Assembly: GCA_951406725.2 (NCBI GenBank) | Contig: OX597819.1 | Coordinates: forward strand, 16,988,001 to 17,052,000 | Direction of reading: 5' to 3' | DNA from: Octopus vulgaris | Taxonomy: Eukaryota | Length of the DNA stretch: 64,000 bases | Shown here: piece by piece, positions 24,925 to 37,657 of the stretch | Numbering within the stretch: position 1 is the stretch's first letter | Layout: each line of letters opens with the position of its first letter | Notes under the pieces: generated by a model | What the model was told of the DNA's origin: nothing | What the model saw: the letters and a program-made list of their open reading frames with translations, nothing else | The model's database searches: none | Position numbers and translations under genes: made by a program

Positions 24925-25757
24925 GTACTCACGTATATATATTTATATATGCATGTATATATACATGTAGATGTAGGTACGTACATATATGTATGTATGT
25001 ATGCATATATTTTATTTTTTACACTATTGTATGACTGGGCGCCCTCGCGTCGATTCGATTCGCTTCGTTTCGTTTCCTCCAAGTAAGTTTATATATATAT
25101 ATAGATATATAGATAGAAAATTAGATTGATTTGCTCGGCGGACAATTAAACTGCAAAATAGATAGACATGTGTACGATCGAAAAACAAACAAAAAAAAAA
25201 ACACTCAGCTGCTTGACTCAGAATCGAGTGCCACTTATTCTCTCCCCTTCCCTATCTCCCTGCATCTCTCTTCTCCCCATCTCCGCCCCCCGCACATACA
25301 CACACACACACGTTAATGTTGCAAATATACTTCTCATGAAATCAAAAAAATATTTCGTGTGTAAATAGATTCTTCGAGGGCCGTAGGTGGAAAATACTTT
25401 TGAGTAATGATATTTGAAAATTACCTTCTGTAGATATCTTTTAGCCTAAGAATGCAGAAATTTGGGTTCAACAAAGCAACATTCATTCCTTCATTCCTTC
25501 ATTCATTCATATGTATGTACGCGTGTATATGTCTTTGTGTGAGTGTGTGTTTGTATGTGTGCATTTTTTCATAGTTGGTCTCGACAGACTCTAACCACAT
25601 CCCTGCTTATTCTTAGGATATTTTTTGTTTGGTCTTTTATAACGGAGTAACGTTCTCATTCTTCTATTAAAAAGTTATGTAATGACCTGACAATTATCCA
25701 TCGTATGTTCTTATTCATTTGATTATATATATGTATATATAGATATATATACACACA

Positions 25758-26959
25758 CAGGGTGTCCCCAAAAAATGTATACACTAAATAATTGTAAAGT
25801 TGGTGTTTATCAAAATACATTTCATTTTCAAAATCTAATAGAATCTACACATTATTTTACTGTGTTGTCAACGCCTGTTTTCTGGTCCAGGCACTGCTGA
25901 CAACGCGAAGCAATGGAATCGCAAACATCACGAAACAATTAGCTTGGTGTTTGTACGCATTCTCGTTCAATGTCTACTCTCAAATCAGCGAGTGTTGCAG
26001 GTTTCATAGCGTAGATTTTGTCTTTTAGATATCCCCATAAAAAAATATAGTCTAGTGGAGTGAGGTCTGGTGAACGCTGAGTGTATTCAACGAAACCCCT
26101 TCATCCAATCCACGTGTTTGGCAAGATCTCATCCAGGAAGGATCTAATATCGCGACGGTAGTGTTGGGGTGTCCCATCTTGCTGAAAATAGTCTTCTCTA
26201 ATACTTGGCATGACAGACAGTTGCAGAAAGTTCAAGTAAACGGGACCAGTCGTAGTAGCGTAAAAAAAGAATGGTCCAACTAATTCTCTTGATGATAAGC
26301 CACACCACGATGTAACTCCTGGTAAATTAACAAAGTGTTCCACCATAACATGCGGGTTCTCAGATCCCCAGTAGGTGCAATTGTGGCGGTTAATTGAACC
26401 ATTTAATTAGAATGTGGCCTCATTACACCACACAACCTCTGTTGGAAAGTGTGCATCTTCTCCACATCGTGCCAAGTACCACTCTTCGGTCTAGATTATC
26501 GTCGTTAATAGAATGGACTAATCTTGGAACGTAACTTTTCTATTGACAACGCTTCAAAATGCATTGGACGGACGATTTTGAAATACCTACTTCCCGACTC
26601 GCTTGCCGCACGGATTTTCTTGGACTTTAGTGATACATTTCCAGCACTCCTTCTTGCTTTGTGGGAGTTGTCGATATTCATCGTCTTCTGGAACATTTCT
26701 CGTGGACGTTCTGAACAGTTCCATCGGTTTCAAAGTGATGGTAAGTCGCGTTGGTGGATCTGTTTGAAACTCCTTCCTAAACTGTCTTTGCACTTCAACT
26801 GCGTTTTCACACTTCCAGTAGCATTTTAGAATGAATTTCGTTTGTTCAAAGCTTACTCTGACTACCATCGTCAATTCCAATGGGTTTCATCTGGAAAGAA
26901 AAAGCATCAATTGAGTTATCAGCTGCTAAAGTGTGTATACATTTTTTGGGGACACCCTG
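25758..26959 (-). mobile_element. Tc1/mariner-superfamily transposon relic with frameshifted transposase (DUF4817-type HTH plus DDD domain)
   Basis: TIRs CAGGGTGTCCCCAAAAAATGTATACAC at both ends. ORF pieces [43 protein letters not shown] and RSPDLTPLDY. Confidence 0.9.
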
Positions 26960-26988
26960 TCTACACACACACACACGCGCGCGCGCCT

Positions 26989-27020
<32 letters not shown>

Positions 27021-27237
27021 ATACATATCGTCCACAGATGAGACCCAGCCGTTCTCAGAATAGAAGACACTTTTGGAGCGCTCAAAAGGATTCAAACTTA
27101 GACTCCATTAACTTTATAGGGGATCAATTCCGTGGGGCAAAAGATGGCTGTAAGAGAGATCAAATTGAGCAGATATGGAAGCAGTTATGGGGATAAACAA
27201 ATTCAATATATGAAATATCATAGCTTGGATAGGAAAT

Positions 27238-27290
<53 letters not shown>

Positions 27291-27514
27291 CACGCATACT
27301 TATTACATAAATATATATTGCACGCATCTATGTTACTCGTAATCCTGTGAGAGGTAACTCAGACAACACATGGTAACTTCATCAGAAGCAGTTCTCTAAT
27401 TGAATGTGAGTAAAACAATTTCAAATTATGCGGGAATTTATAAAATGAAGCGACGAAGCGAAACGTCCGTTTTTACTTAGAATTCTGATTGTAGCTAAAT
27501 ATAAAATGCAGTAC

Positions 27515-27990
27515 ATGTCAAGGACTGGAGTAGATTAACACGTCTCTGTACTCGGCTGGTACTTGATTTTATTGACCCTGGACTTTGAACACAGAAGGGA
27601 AAGAGTCCGGTACGAATTGTTGTAATACCACCACCACCACAACAATAACAAAAACTACAACAATAATAATGGCTTCAAATTTTGGCTCAAGGCCAGTAAG
27701 TTCAGGGGAGTGCGTAAGCCAATTACATCAACCCCAGTACTTAACTGGTATTTATTTTATTTACTCCGAAAAGATGATAGGTAAAGTCGGCCTCAGTGAG
27801 ATTTGAACTCAGAACATAAAGACAGACGAAATGCTGTGAAGCTTTTTGCCCGGCGTGCTTATGGTTCATTGAAAGGAGAGGCTTAGTTGATTATATCGTG
27901 TCCAGCATGTGACAGATATTTTGTTTTATCGGCCGCGGAAGAACGAAGGGAAAGTTTATCTCATCGGGATTTGAACTTGGAACATAGAGT
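27515..27990 (-). mobile_element. Cluster of degenerate SINE family 2 fragments
   Basis: Repeated decayed CTGGTACTT-TTTATCGACCCCGAAAGGATGAAAGGCAAAGTCGACCTCGGCGGAATTTGAACTCAGAAC motif. Confidence 0.6.
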
Positions 27991-29018
27991 AACTATGTTA
28001 TACGAGGTATTTTGTCCCCGTCTTTCTACAATTCTGACAACCTACTGCCCTAAATATATGTAAAACCCTCAAATGTAGAAAGATATATCATTTAGGAAAT
28101 ATCAGAGTAATCCGACTTATTAGCAACATTTACCCCAGTTCTTATCGTTTCTTGTCCATTTATTGTAGAAGCCCCTACAAGGTGTTAGACCTCTATTATA
28201 ATTCTATCGACATCGAATATATCTATATGAATATGAATTTGACTCTTCTGGCACGTTATTTTGTCAGCATCGGAAGAATGAAAGGCAAAAATTTAAAGCT
28301 CAGAATACAAAACGGTTATTACCACAGCCAACACACTACCAATCCATCACAAACTTTCGACCAGCTAAAAATAACAGCTAAACCTCCCGAAACTAAACTT
28401 TAAAACCATAAATGTGCGATATTTTGGATAATATAGTCTAGATACAATAAGTCTGAATAAAAGAATTGGGTGGAGCAATTTTGGTTATAAGATAATTAGA
28501 TTAGGGCTGACTTGAAGCAGAACAACAATTACTGACGTTAATGATAAGAGCTATTTGTGGTTACTCGACTTGGTAAAAATAACAGCCAAATCTTGTTCGG
28601 ATCACATCCTAGTGTCATACCTGACAAAGGACAATTTTTTAAAATGTAATTCTAGATACACTATAATTAAAATAAAAAAAAGAGAGAAAGATTAGGTTGG
28701 GGACAGCTGGGACATACTTGATTGTAGATCTGCTGGTTTAGGCTTGACCTGGGGTGAAGCAACTACAACAGCAGTAGTAATCTAAACGTGTTTGGCGAAT
28801 TCCTTCCGTCTGCAACGCAATGTCGACCTCAAAAATATTTTGTAGTGTTTGGGGTCTGAGTAGAAGTGGGAGTGAAATTTCACTGTTTGTTTACATCTTT
28901 CGGTTGATCACCAGAGTAAACCTGGCTTTAACTGATCGTTAATATATACATACACATATTTATGTTTATATACACTTCCTTCTTTCAAAATGTTTCGCAC
29001 ACGTATAGAAACAAATAA

Positions 29019-29106
<88 letters not shown>

Positions 29107-29456
29107 ACACACACACAAATACATACACAAATACACACCTACACACACTCACACATACAGACACGCAAACACGCACACACACACTTGTTCTCTCTTTCTC
29201 TTTCTATCTGTCCTTCTATCTGTCTGCCAATCTATCTGTTTATTATACAAACGTGTGTATACAATTGACATACATACATTCACAATCACATACACAACAG
29301 TAAACAGATACACACACACACAAACACACAATAATCTATATATCTACAACTATAAGTATACATGTTTATAACTTATATACTTCCTGACACATTTTCATCT
29401 TCCCCCGCTCTCGCTCTCTCTTTCTCTCTGTATATATATATGTATATATATGACTA

Positions 29457-29920
29457 TATGGGTATAGGACGTCACCAGCAGTACAAATAACATGAAATAC
29501 GTAAACAAAGGAAGGAAAAACGAGTGGAATACTTGAACAACGAGATAGAAGGGAAAATAGGACAAGTAAACAGAGAGAAAAGCCCCTTCATCAGTTATCG
29601 GTTGTCTGTCTGCTCCCCATTTCGAGCATTCAGCGACAATAGGAGTCTTCAAAGACAGTTGCTCCCATAAATTCTAAAATAAAATTTTGGGTTTATGGAG
29701 GGTCAAAGTTGGGAACAAAAAAAAAAAGTGACAGTGGAGACATACAAGGAAACCGAACGAAAACAAACATAGAGGGTCGTTAGACCGGAACGAGAGGAAA
29801 ATAGTGAACGCTGGGAGAAACAATTTTTTGGAAAGAGAAAAGATAGAAGAGAGAGAAAGAGAGAAAACACGTCCTTTCCTTTAAATGTCCGTGCAGGAAA
29901 AGAAAGAGGGTCACCCAGAC
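29457..29920 (-). mobile_element. Family A divergent copy 3, permuted hammerhead at 29584-29658
   Basis: Same order of motifs as copies 1 and 2, flanked by (TA)n on both sides. Confidence 0.6.
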
Positions 29921-30399
29921 ATATATATATATATATATATGCATATATTTCTAAATTTGGAAACCGTTTTTCTTATAGATATGTGTCGAAAACACGATTA
30001 TGTTCTACTTTCAGCTCTTTTTCTTTTCGCATTTTCGTATGAGTTTCTTACAAGTGTGTTTGGAATATTAAGATTCTGTCATGAATGTTTCTAAAATGTC
30101 ATAGTCTCGTATTCAAGACGGAGTGATGGTGGCGTGTTTACTCCCTCTTTACAGTGTTAGGACCACAGAAATATTGCCGGATTTTGAACTTTGGCTGTTG
30201 GATTTAAGCACCATCATCCAGCTGTTTTCCACTCACTCACATCGCTGGATTGGTGGAAGTTTTAGAGTTTCGGATATTATGCTTTGGAGTATCAATTCCG
30301 GTCCCTTATATTTTTATAGTAACAGTTGCGACGACACCATTTGGGGCTACTAATATCATATTCACCAATCATTTTCAGTACATCTCATAAACACACGCG

Positions 30400-30474
<75 letters not shown>

Positions 30475-30733
30475 TCACTCACTCATTCACGCGCGAAGCA
30501 CACGCACATGCACAGGCACAAATATACAACATAGGTAGCTGAAGAAGGGACGCTTTTATGCATGGGTAGCTGCCAGCCTTCGATACAAAAAACAAAATCG
30601 TGCCCATGCCAGTAACTGTATACGCAGATCTGGGTAAGACTTTTTTTCTTTTTTGAATTGTCAATCGTGACCCTAAAGTGGTCTTAGCGAGTCGGTTATT
30701 TATTTTTGATTATGGCAAGTATTGGTTGTAAAT

Positions 30734-31030
30734 GCCTTGTGAGTGGATTTGGTAGACGGAAACTGAAAGAAGCCTTTTCTATATATGTATATATATGTAT
30801 GTGTGTGTGTTTGTGTGTCTGTGTTTGTTCCACTAGCATTGCTTGACAACCAATGCTGGTGTGTTTACCTCCCCGTAACTTAGCGGTTCAGCAAAAAGAG
30901 ACCGATAGAATAAGTACTGGGTTTACAAAAAGAATAAGTCCCGGGATCGAGTTGTTCGACTAAAGGCGGTGCTCCAGCATGGCCGCAGTCAAATGACTGA
31001 AACAAGTAAAAGAGTAAAAGAGTAAAAAGA
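30734..31030 (+). mobile_element. SINE family 1, 5'-truncated
   Basis: Reverse complement of 15868-16210. Confidence 0.85.
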
Positions 31031-31597
31031 GAGAGTAACACTTTAATAGCAAACTAGGATCAAAAGAAAGTCTGTCTCGAAAGTATTTGAAATTAGAACT
31101 TAATAAGATATGTCTAAATTAAACATTTTAAGCATTTTTCGAATCTTTACCAATTCTGTAAATCTATTGCCATAAATATGTGAAATAGTGATACCTAAAG
31201 TGGAAAGATAAGTCACTTAAGGAATATCAGAACAAATTCCTCACTCAATCTCGCTCGACACTCGAGCAACTACTGCTCCAATATTTCTCTTTCTTATCTG
31301 TTCGTTCTGGAAGCTTCTACGAGGTGTTAGTCATCATCTATTATAATTCCATTAAAATCTAAGATGCCTTTAGTGGAAAGATAAGTCATTTAGGGAACAT
31401 CAGAACAACCTCTTCACCCATTTTCGCCCGATTCGCATTCATGTAAACTCGCGAAGTTGCTATTAATCACTCGTGTAGTATACAAAATTAAATTCCTTTG
31501 CAAAAGTGAGTTATAGACTTCCTAATGGTAACTGTTATATTAGTCGTACGTACACATGGAAGAAATAGCAATGTACTATGCCACGCAATACACGATA

Positions 31598-31985
31598 GTG
31601 GATGTAAGCACTCCGTCGGTTACGACGATGAGGGTTCCGGTTGATCCGATCAACGGAACAGCCTGCTCGTGAAATTAACGTGTAAGTGGCTGAGCACTCC
31701 ACAGATACGTGTACCCTTAACGTAGTTCTCGGGGATATTCAGCGTGACACAGAGAGTGACAAGGCCGGCCCTTTGAAATACAGGTACAACAGAAACAGGA
31801 AGTAAGAGTGAGAGAAAGTTGTGGTGAAAGTATAGCAGGGATCACCACCATCCCCTGCCGGAGCCTCGTGGAGCTTTAGGTGTTTTTGCTCAATAAACAC
31901 TCACAACGCCCGGTCTGGGAATCGAAACCACGATCCTACGACCGCGAGTCCGTTGCCCTAACCACTGGACCATTGCGCCTCCACT
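31598..31985 (-). mobile_element. tRNA-derived SINE family 3, full length, 35-bp TSD
   Basis: Minus head GTGGAGGCGCAATGGTCCAGTGGTTAGGG..GGTTTCGATTCC. TSD 31563-31597 and 31986-32020 with one mismatch. Confidence 0.9.
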
Positions 31986-32433
31986 AAATAGCAATGTACT
32001 ATGCCATGCAATACACGATAAACATAATAGGAAAACATTGGTGGATAACAAATGTATACTCTAAAGAATTTCTTTACGAAAATTGACAAATATTGATAAA
32101 CACAATAATCAGACTCAGCATTATGCATTTTGGGATTTAAGCACCATCATCTTTTAGACAAACCTCAAGGAACCCATACGAATATATGAAGACCTCGAAA
32201 AAAGAAATAAAAATTAGTGTACAGTCGTAAATTGAATACAGCGCATACAATCACACATACTAACACCCTCCCCCACCACACACATAAAGGTAAAAAACTT
32301 TGCGTCGATGAATGAATAATTTGTTTTAACAGTACAATAGTATTAAATACGATACTAATGCATTTTGGCGAATATACGATTATATCCGCAAAATTTCAGT
32401 CTTAGTTTGAGCAGGGATTGCAGTTCTGAGAGA

Positions 32434-32519
<86 letters not shown>

Positions 32520-32555
32520 GTGAGAGAGAGTGAGAGAGTGAGTGAGTGAGAGAGT

Positions 32556-32586
<31 letters not shown>

Positions 32587-35050
32587 TGAGAGAGAGTGAG
32601 AGAGAGTGAGAGAGAGAGTGAGAGAGAGTGAGACAGTATGAGAGAGAGAGAGTGAAAGGAGGTAAGGAGAAAGAAAAACAACAGCCAAGTCATCAAAATG
32701 CATTCTTGGATAGTGTCTTAGGTCAAGAATTACATTCTGGAAAATGTAGTTCAAGAGACATTATACTGGGAGGAATTTCGTGAATTAGAAAAGATGAGCG
32801 TGCGTGCGTTCGCGCGCGGGTGTTTGCATGTATATATAGAAATGGCTGGTAAATATTCATATCTAACTTCGGCAAAGGAACATAATTATGGGGAATGAGT
32901 ATAATCCATTGTAGCGATTCCAGTATCTGTTTGGTGCTTATTTTTGTACAGTAGTATGAATGAGAAGCAAGGTTGAACCTTATCAGGATTTCATCTCAAG
33001 AAGCAAATGGTTGTAATCAAATGATTTTGTAGCGTTTCCGCCAGTCAACCAATTATAAATATTAAATCACGTTCTTAATCTGTGGCATTTGGATGTAGGA
33101 TTGGTAGAATGTCGGACGATGTGTGGCGATTGAATAGTAGAATCGGAAGAGAACTGTAAAAAGCCTTACATGTGGCGGTTGGTTTGGAGATTTCGTCGAA
33201 CATCTGACTATTTTGGGGTATTATGAATCGTCTCTTTAGTTCAGTGTTCAGATTCTATCTTTCGTCCTAAGGTTATTGTCATTGTTGTTTAGTCTCAGGT
33301 CAAGACTGATCCAGCAGATCCATGATCAAATATGTTCCTACTGTCCTAATATATCGTGTGTTCAGATATAGTGCAGCAAAGTCTATATCGTCTTAATACG
33401 TCCTTCAGATGTAATGCGTCTGGGAAGACATTATCTTCATGTAGTTTTACTTTTATTCAAAATAGTAATGTGTGGTTTCAGGTATATTTGGCTACTATTT
33501 TGGATCTGTTTCATTGGTTTGGCCTGCTGTAGTCGATAAAATCAACAGTATCAAAGAAGGCATAGTTCCAGCATGGCCAGACATTAATTATTAAAGCCAG
33601 TAAATAAATAAATAAAATATAAAATAAATTGAAAGGTGGTTTTGTGTGGGAGATATTTAGTTAAATTCGTGTAAGTAATATCCTGAAGCTAGAATTTGAT
33701 AGAGTTTAGAGGTTATACGCCGAAACCTAAGGAGATGAATTCCTATGCGGGTCACATAACATCATAGCATGAAATTCGATCTTTAAATTCGTATAACAAA
33801 GAAGAGCAAAGAAAAAATTACTATTTTAACAACCACAGAAAATGGACAAAATAAATATTATTTAAGAAGAAAAAAAAACCACTCTAAGCCTACAGCAGTG
33901 GTGGAATTAAAATAACATTTCGTATTTATCGAAAAACTTCAAGGAAAGATTTTTATTTCTAATACATTAACACCGATGAAACCTTGTGAAGAAAATCAAT
34001 GATAAAAACTATGTTTAATCATTCTTTCCGCAAATTGTTCGGAAAGCAAAAAGAAAAAATAGCAAAGAATAAGAAACGACGAATCAATATAGCAATGAAA
34101 CATAATGTATGTAAAATAAACAACAAAATCCGAGCAAGAAATATGTAAGTAACAAAAGCTAAAATCAAAATATAGCTCCCTCAGCCAACGAAAAAGAAAA
34201 AGCAAAAAAAAAAAAAGCAAAGCAAAACAACAAAACATAACAAAAATTGATTGACCCTGGAGAAATGTGGTAGAATTTGTCGACCATCGTCAACTGTGAA
34301 ATAATATATTTCTTGAGTTCAAAATTTAAAATTCTAATGAGAAACTATTTTATATGGAATTCTCACCTCATAGAATTAGGGCTTGGTAAGAAATGGAATA
34401 TAATTTAAGTAGCTTTAAATAGATTCATTTGTGCACTTCTAAACTGACATGTATACACACATACAAACTCTGAAATAGACATATGCGCGCGTACACATAT
34501 ACTTCTATACACACGAACACACACATTCACATATTTAAATAGGTCAGTATATATTCATACGTAAACATAGTAACATCACATGCAAATTAAGATAATCAAA
34601 TAGACGCAGGAACATCCACACCATACACGCTAAACAAGATACATACACACAGAAAAAAGACCACGCATACATCACACAAATAGACACAAACACACAATTA
34701 CACATACACCCATACAACACATAATAGATATAGAAGTGATAACAAATTTGTCAAATGAAATATTGAACTACTTAGAACATAATTTTGTACACATACGTTT
34801 GTGACTTTGTAAGCTGCTATGAGTCAGTCGTAAAGAAGTTCGCCTCACCAGCTCGGTGGTCAGGATTCGATTTCTCTTCACGGATTTGGAACTAATATCT
34901 TTTAATCTAGCCTCGATTTAACCTTTAAAATGAAAGGAGGAATTTGGTAAGCAGAAACTGTGCGGCCACCGTGATGTGTTGCGACGTGTATGTATGTGTG
35001 TGTGTATGTGTGTATGCATATACGTGTGTATGTATATATAAATATATGTA

Positions 35051-35099
<49 letters not shown>

Positions 35100-35100
<1 letters not shown>

Positions 35101-35324
35101 TTATTTTAAGCAGCAGAAAATTCAACAAAATCTGTTACTCTGAGTTTTCGTGCCGTTCATCAGACAGTTTTTGCTAGAATCTAGCAAAAACTGTCTGATG
35201 AACGGCAACGAGAAACTCAGAGTAACAGATTTTGTTGAATTTTCTGCTGCTTAAAATAAAGCATATTATACCACTGGTATTTGATACTCTTTTCCACCTT
35301 GTTTCACATTTATGTGTTTACTCC

Positions 35325-35327
<3 letters not shown>
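35100..35327. mobile_element. (TA)n-embedded element with about 160-bp near-perfect palindrome carrying divergent hammerhead motifs
   Basis: Arms 35100-35178 and 35180-35260. Plus strand CUGU CUGAUGA ACGGCAACGA GAAA CUCAGAG UA^ACAG at 35191-35228, mirrored on the minus strand. Confidence 0.75.
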
Positions 35328-35368
<41 letters not shown>

Positions 35369-35823
35369 GAACAAACTTACTTAGAAATGGATGCGTGCGT
35401 TCCGTCATATAATAACAAATTACCCATATATGTGTATGCATGTGTATATATGCATGTATGTATGTGTGTGAATATGTGTGTGTATGTGTGTGTCTGTGTT
35501 TGTGTGTGCCTGTGCTGCTGCGAGGGAAGAAGGTTGACAACGTTTTACTGCCCTGAAGGTTTTTCTTTTATCATTTAACTTACAAAGTATCTGTTTGGCT
35601 TTAATGACCTTAAGGACAAGTATAGTTGCAGCATGTCTGTGATTCTTGTGTTTCGCATTGTCAGTTTTGACTATGTACAAATTTAGATAAATAATGCAGT
35701 ATTATATAGTATTTCAATCCCTTTACTTGTCGCACGCCCGGTAAAGCTACTCCTAATTTCTCTATTGGAATGTTCTTTTCAAAATAACATGCTGGTCGGA
35801 TTCGTCTGATCAATTTGAAAAAG

Positions 35824-35903
35824 TTATCTGAAGATGGTGGATTATATGTTATAGTGTGATCTATGAATACATCAATAAAATTCTACCGAAACAGCTGTTG
35901 TGA
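35824..35903 (+). ncRNA. Type I hammerhead-like motif with long loop 2
   Basis: UUAU CUGAAGA U GGUGGA [40 nt] UCUACC GAAA CAGCUG UU^GUGA, with palindromic stem III. Confidence 0.6.
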
Positions 35904-36572
35904 ATGTTGGACTGCATTTGTGTTCTTTTTGTACTTAGGCCATACCTGGAATCAGCCCTGATTCGGATCTATGGTTTAAATCGAATTTAGTACTTATAGC
36001 TCTGCAGTATCCTACCAACACTTCATGCCTTCATTGTTGTTTTACCTTACAGTGAACCCTATGTTATAGTTTCTTGCCATTTCCGGTGTCCTACATGCTC
36101 ATGTATTTAGATTCTAGTGAATTCAGTAACTAACACACATACACAATTATTTTGCTACAAATTGCAATATGCTACTAATGATTATCTTTTGGATATTTTA
36201 ATAGCAAGAAAACGAAGGAAAAGCAACAACAAATTTCTGGGATTCAAACGAGGATTGTTTACATTATGAATACCTCACAAGGCATTCGCCCAGTCCTAAA
36301 ATACTTGAATTTCTAAAAAGATTCGTTTGAGAGAAAAGTGAAACGAAGAATTTACATAAATACATAAATAGGAACAAACCAATGCTTTAAAAGAGAGTGG
36401 GGGAGAAAGAAATGCAGAGAGTGGGAGTAAATGGCTGAACTTATCACGGAGGAAAGTTATAGTATATACTTGTATTTTATCAAAGCTTACAAATTCAAGT
36501 AAATGTAGTAACGATAAGATAAATGTTAGCTTGATGATGGTAATTATGATTCTAGTTTTTTCTAAAAAAAAT

Positions 36573-37162
36573 AAATAGTTAAAAATAATAAATAGAGATT
36601 GATAGAAGACCAACTATAGAAGACTCAGAGAAAATAGTTAAAAATAATAAATAGAGATTGATAGAAGACCAACTATAGAAGACTCAGAGAAAATAGTTAA
36701 AAATAATAAATAGAGATTGATAGAAGACCAACTATAGAAGACTCAGAGAAAATAGTTAAAAATAATAAATAGAGATTGATAGAAGACCAACTATAGAAGA
36801 CTCAGAGAAAATAGTTAAAAATAATAAATAGAGATTGATAGAAGACCAACTATAGAAGACTCAGAGAAAATAGTTAAAAATAATAAATAGAGATTGATAG
36901 AAGACCAACTATAGAAGACTCAGAGAAAATAGTTAAAAATAATAAATAGAGATTGATAGAAGACCAACTATAGAAGACTCAGAGAAAATAGTTAAAAATA
37001 ATAAATAGAGATTGATAGAAGACCAACTATAGAAGACTCAGAGAAAATAGTTAAAAATAATAAATAGAGATTGATAGAAGACCAACTATAGAAGACTCAG
37101 AGAAAATAGTTAAAAATAATAAATAGAGATTGATAGAAGACCAACTATAGAAGACTCAGAGA
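36573..37162. repeat. Minisatellite, 10 identical copies of a 59-bp unit
   Basis: Unit AAATAGTTAAAAATAATAAATAGAGATTGATAGAAGACCAACTATAGAAGACTCAGAGA starts at 36573 with period 59 and no spacers. Confidence 0.95.
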
Positions 37163-37219
37163 GAGAAAGAGAGACAGAGAGGATATAGTGAGTATTGAGG
37201 AGAGAATGAAATGCAAAAT

Positions 37220-37310
37220 GCAACCCTGATTGTATGCATGCAGCAGACCATAAAAGGATCTGTAGAGCCTTGGCAAGCCGACTCTGCCCCCAAGGAGAGG
37301 GGGATGGTAC
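37220..37310 (+). mobile_element. Short RTE-like LINE 3' end
   Basis: AADHKRICRALASRLCPQG resembles the A.DR..W..L...LC tail of RTE ORFs. Confidence 0.35.
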
Positions 37311-37657
37311 CTGGCTGACTGAGTCTGCTCCATTGATATCTATAACTTCAAACACGTATTTGCTGTACGGTAATTCTTCGGGAGAGATTTTAAAGTTGCT
37401 AATAGAATAAAATTATTATTTTTCCATATTAGTAAGTGGCTGTCTAGTTAGGGTATTAGGTGAGGACAGTACAAAGAGAATTATTTTTCGAGTGATCAGT
37501 GAAAGGTAATTGTTGAAAATTTTTTCTTGGAATACGTTTGTAAAATCTGTTATTTTAGTTATTGCTTTGTTACCTACTTCATTATGAAAGAACCTACTTG
37601 TAAACCTGAAGGTATGTTTAACATTAGAATTTCTGTGGAACAAGTTATTGTAATCTA

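Noticed and set aside
27370-27430. Possible type II hammerhead on the minus strand
   Set aside because: Stems are short, AU/GU-rich and out of register, compatible with chance.
36573-37162. CRISPR-like array
   Set aside because: Units are fully identical with no variable spacers, there are no cas genes, and the context is eukaryotic.
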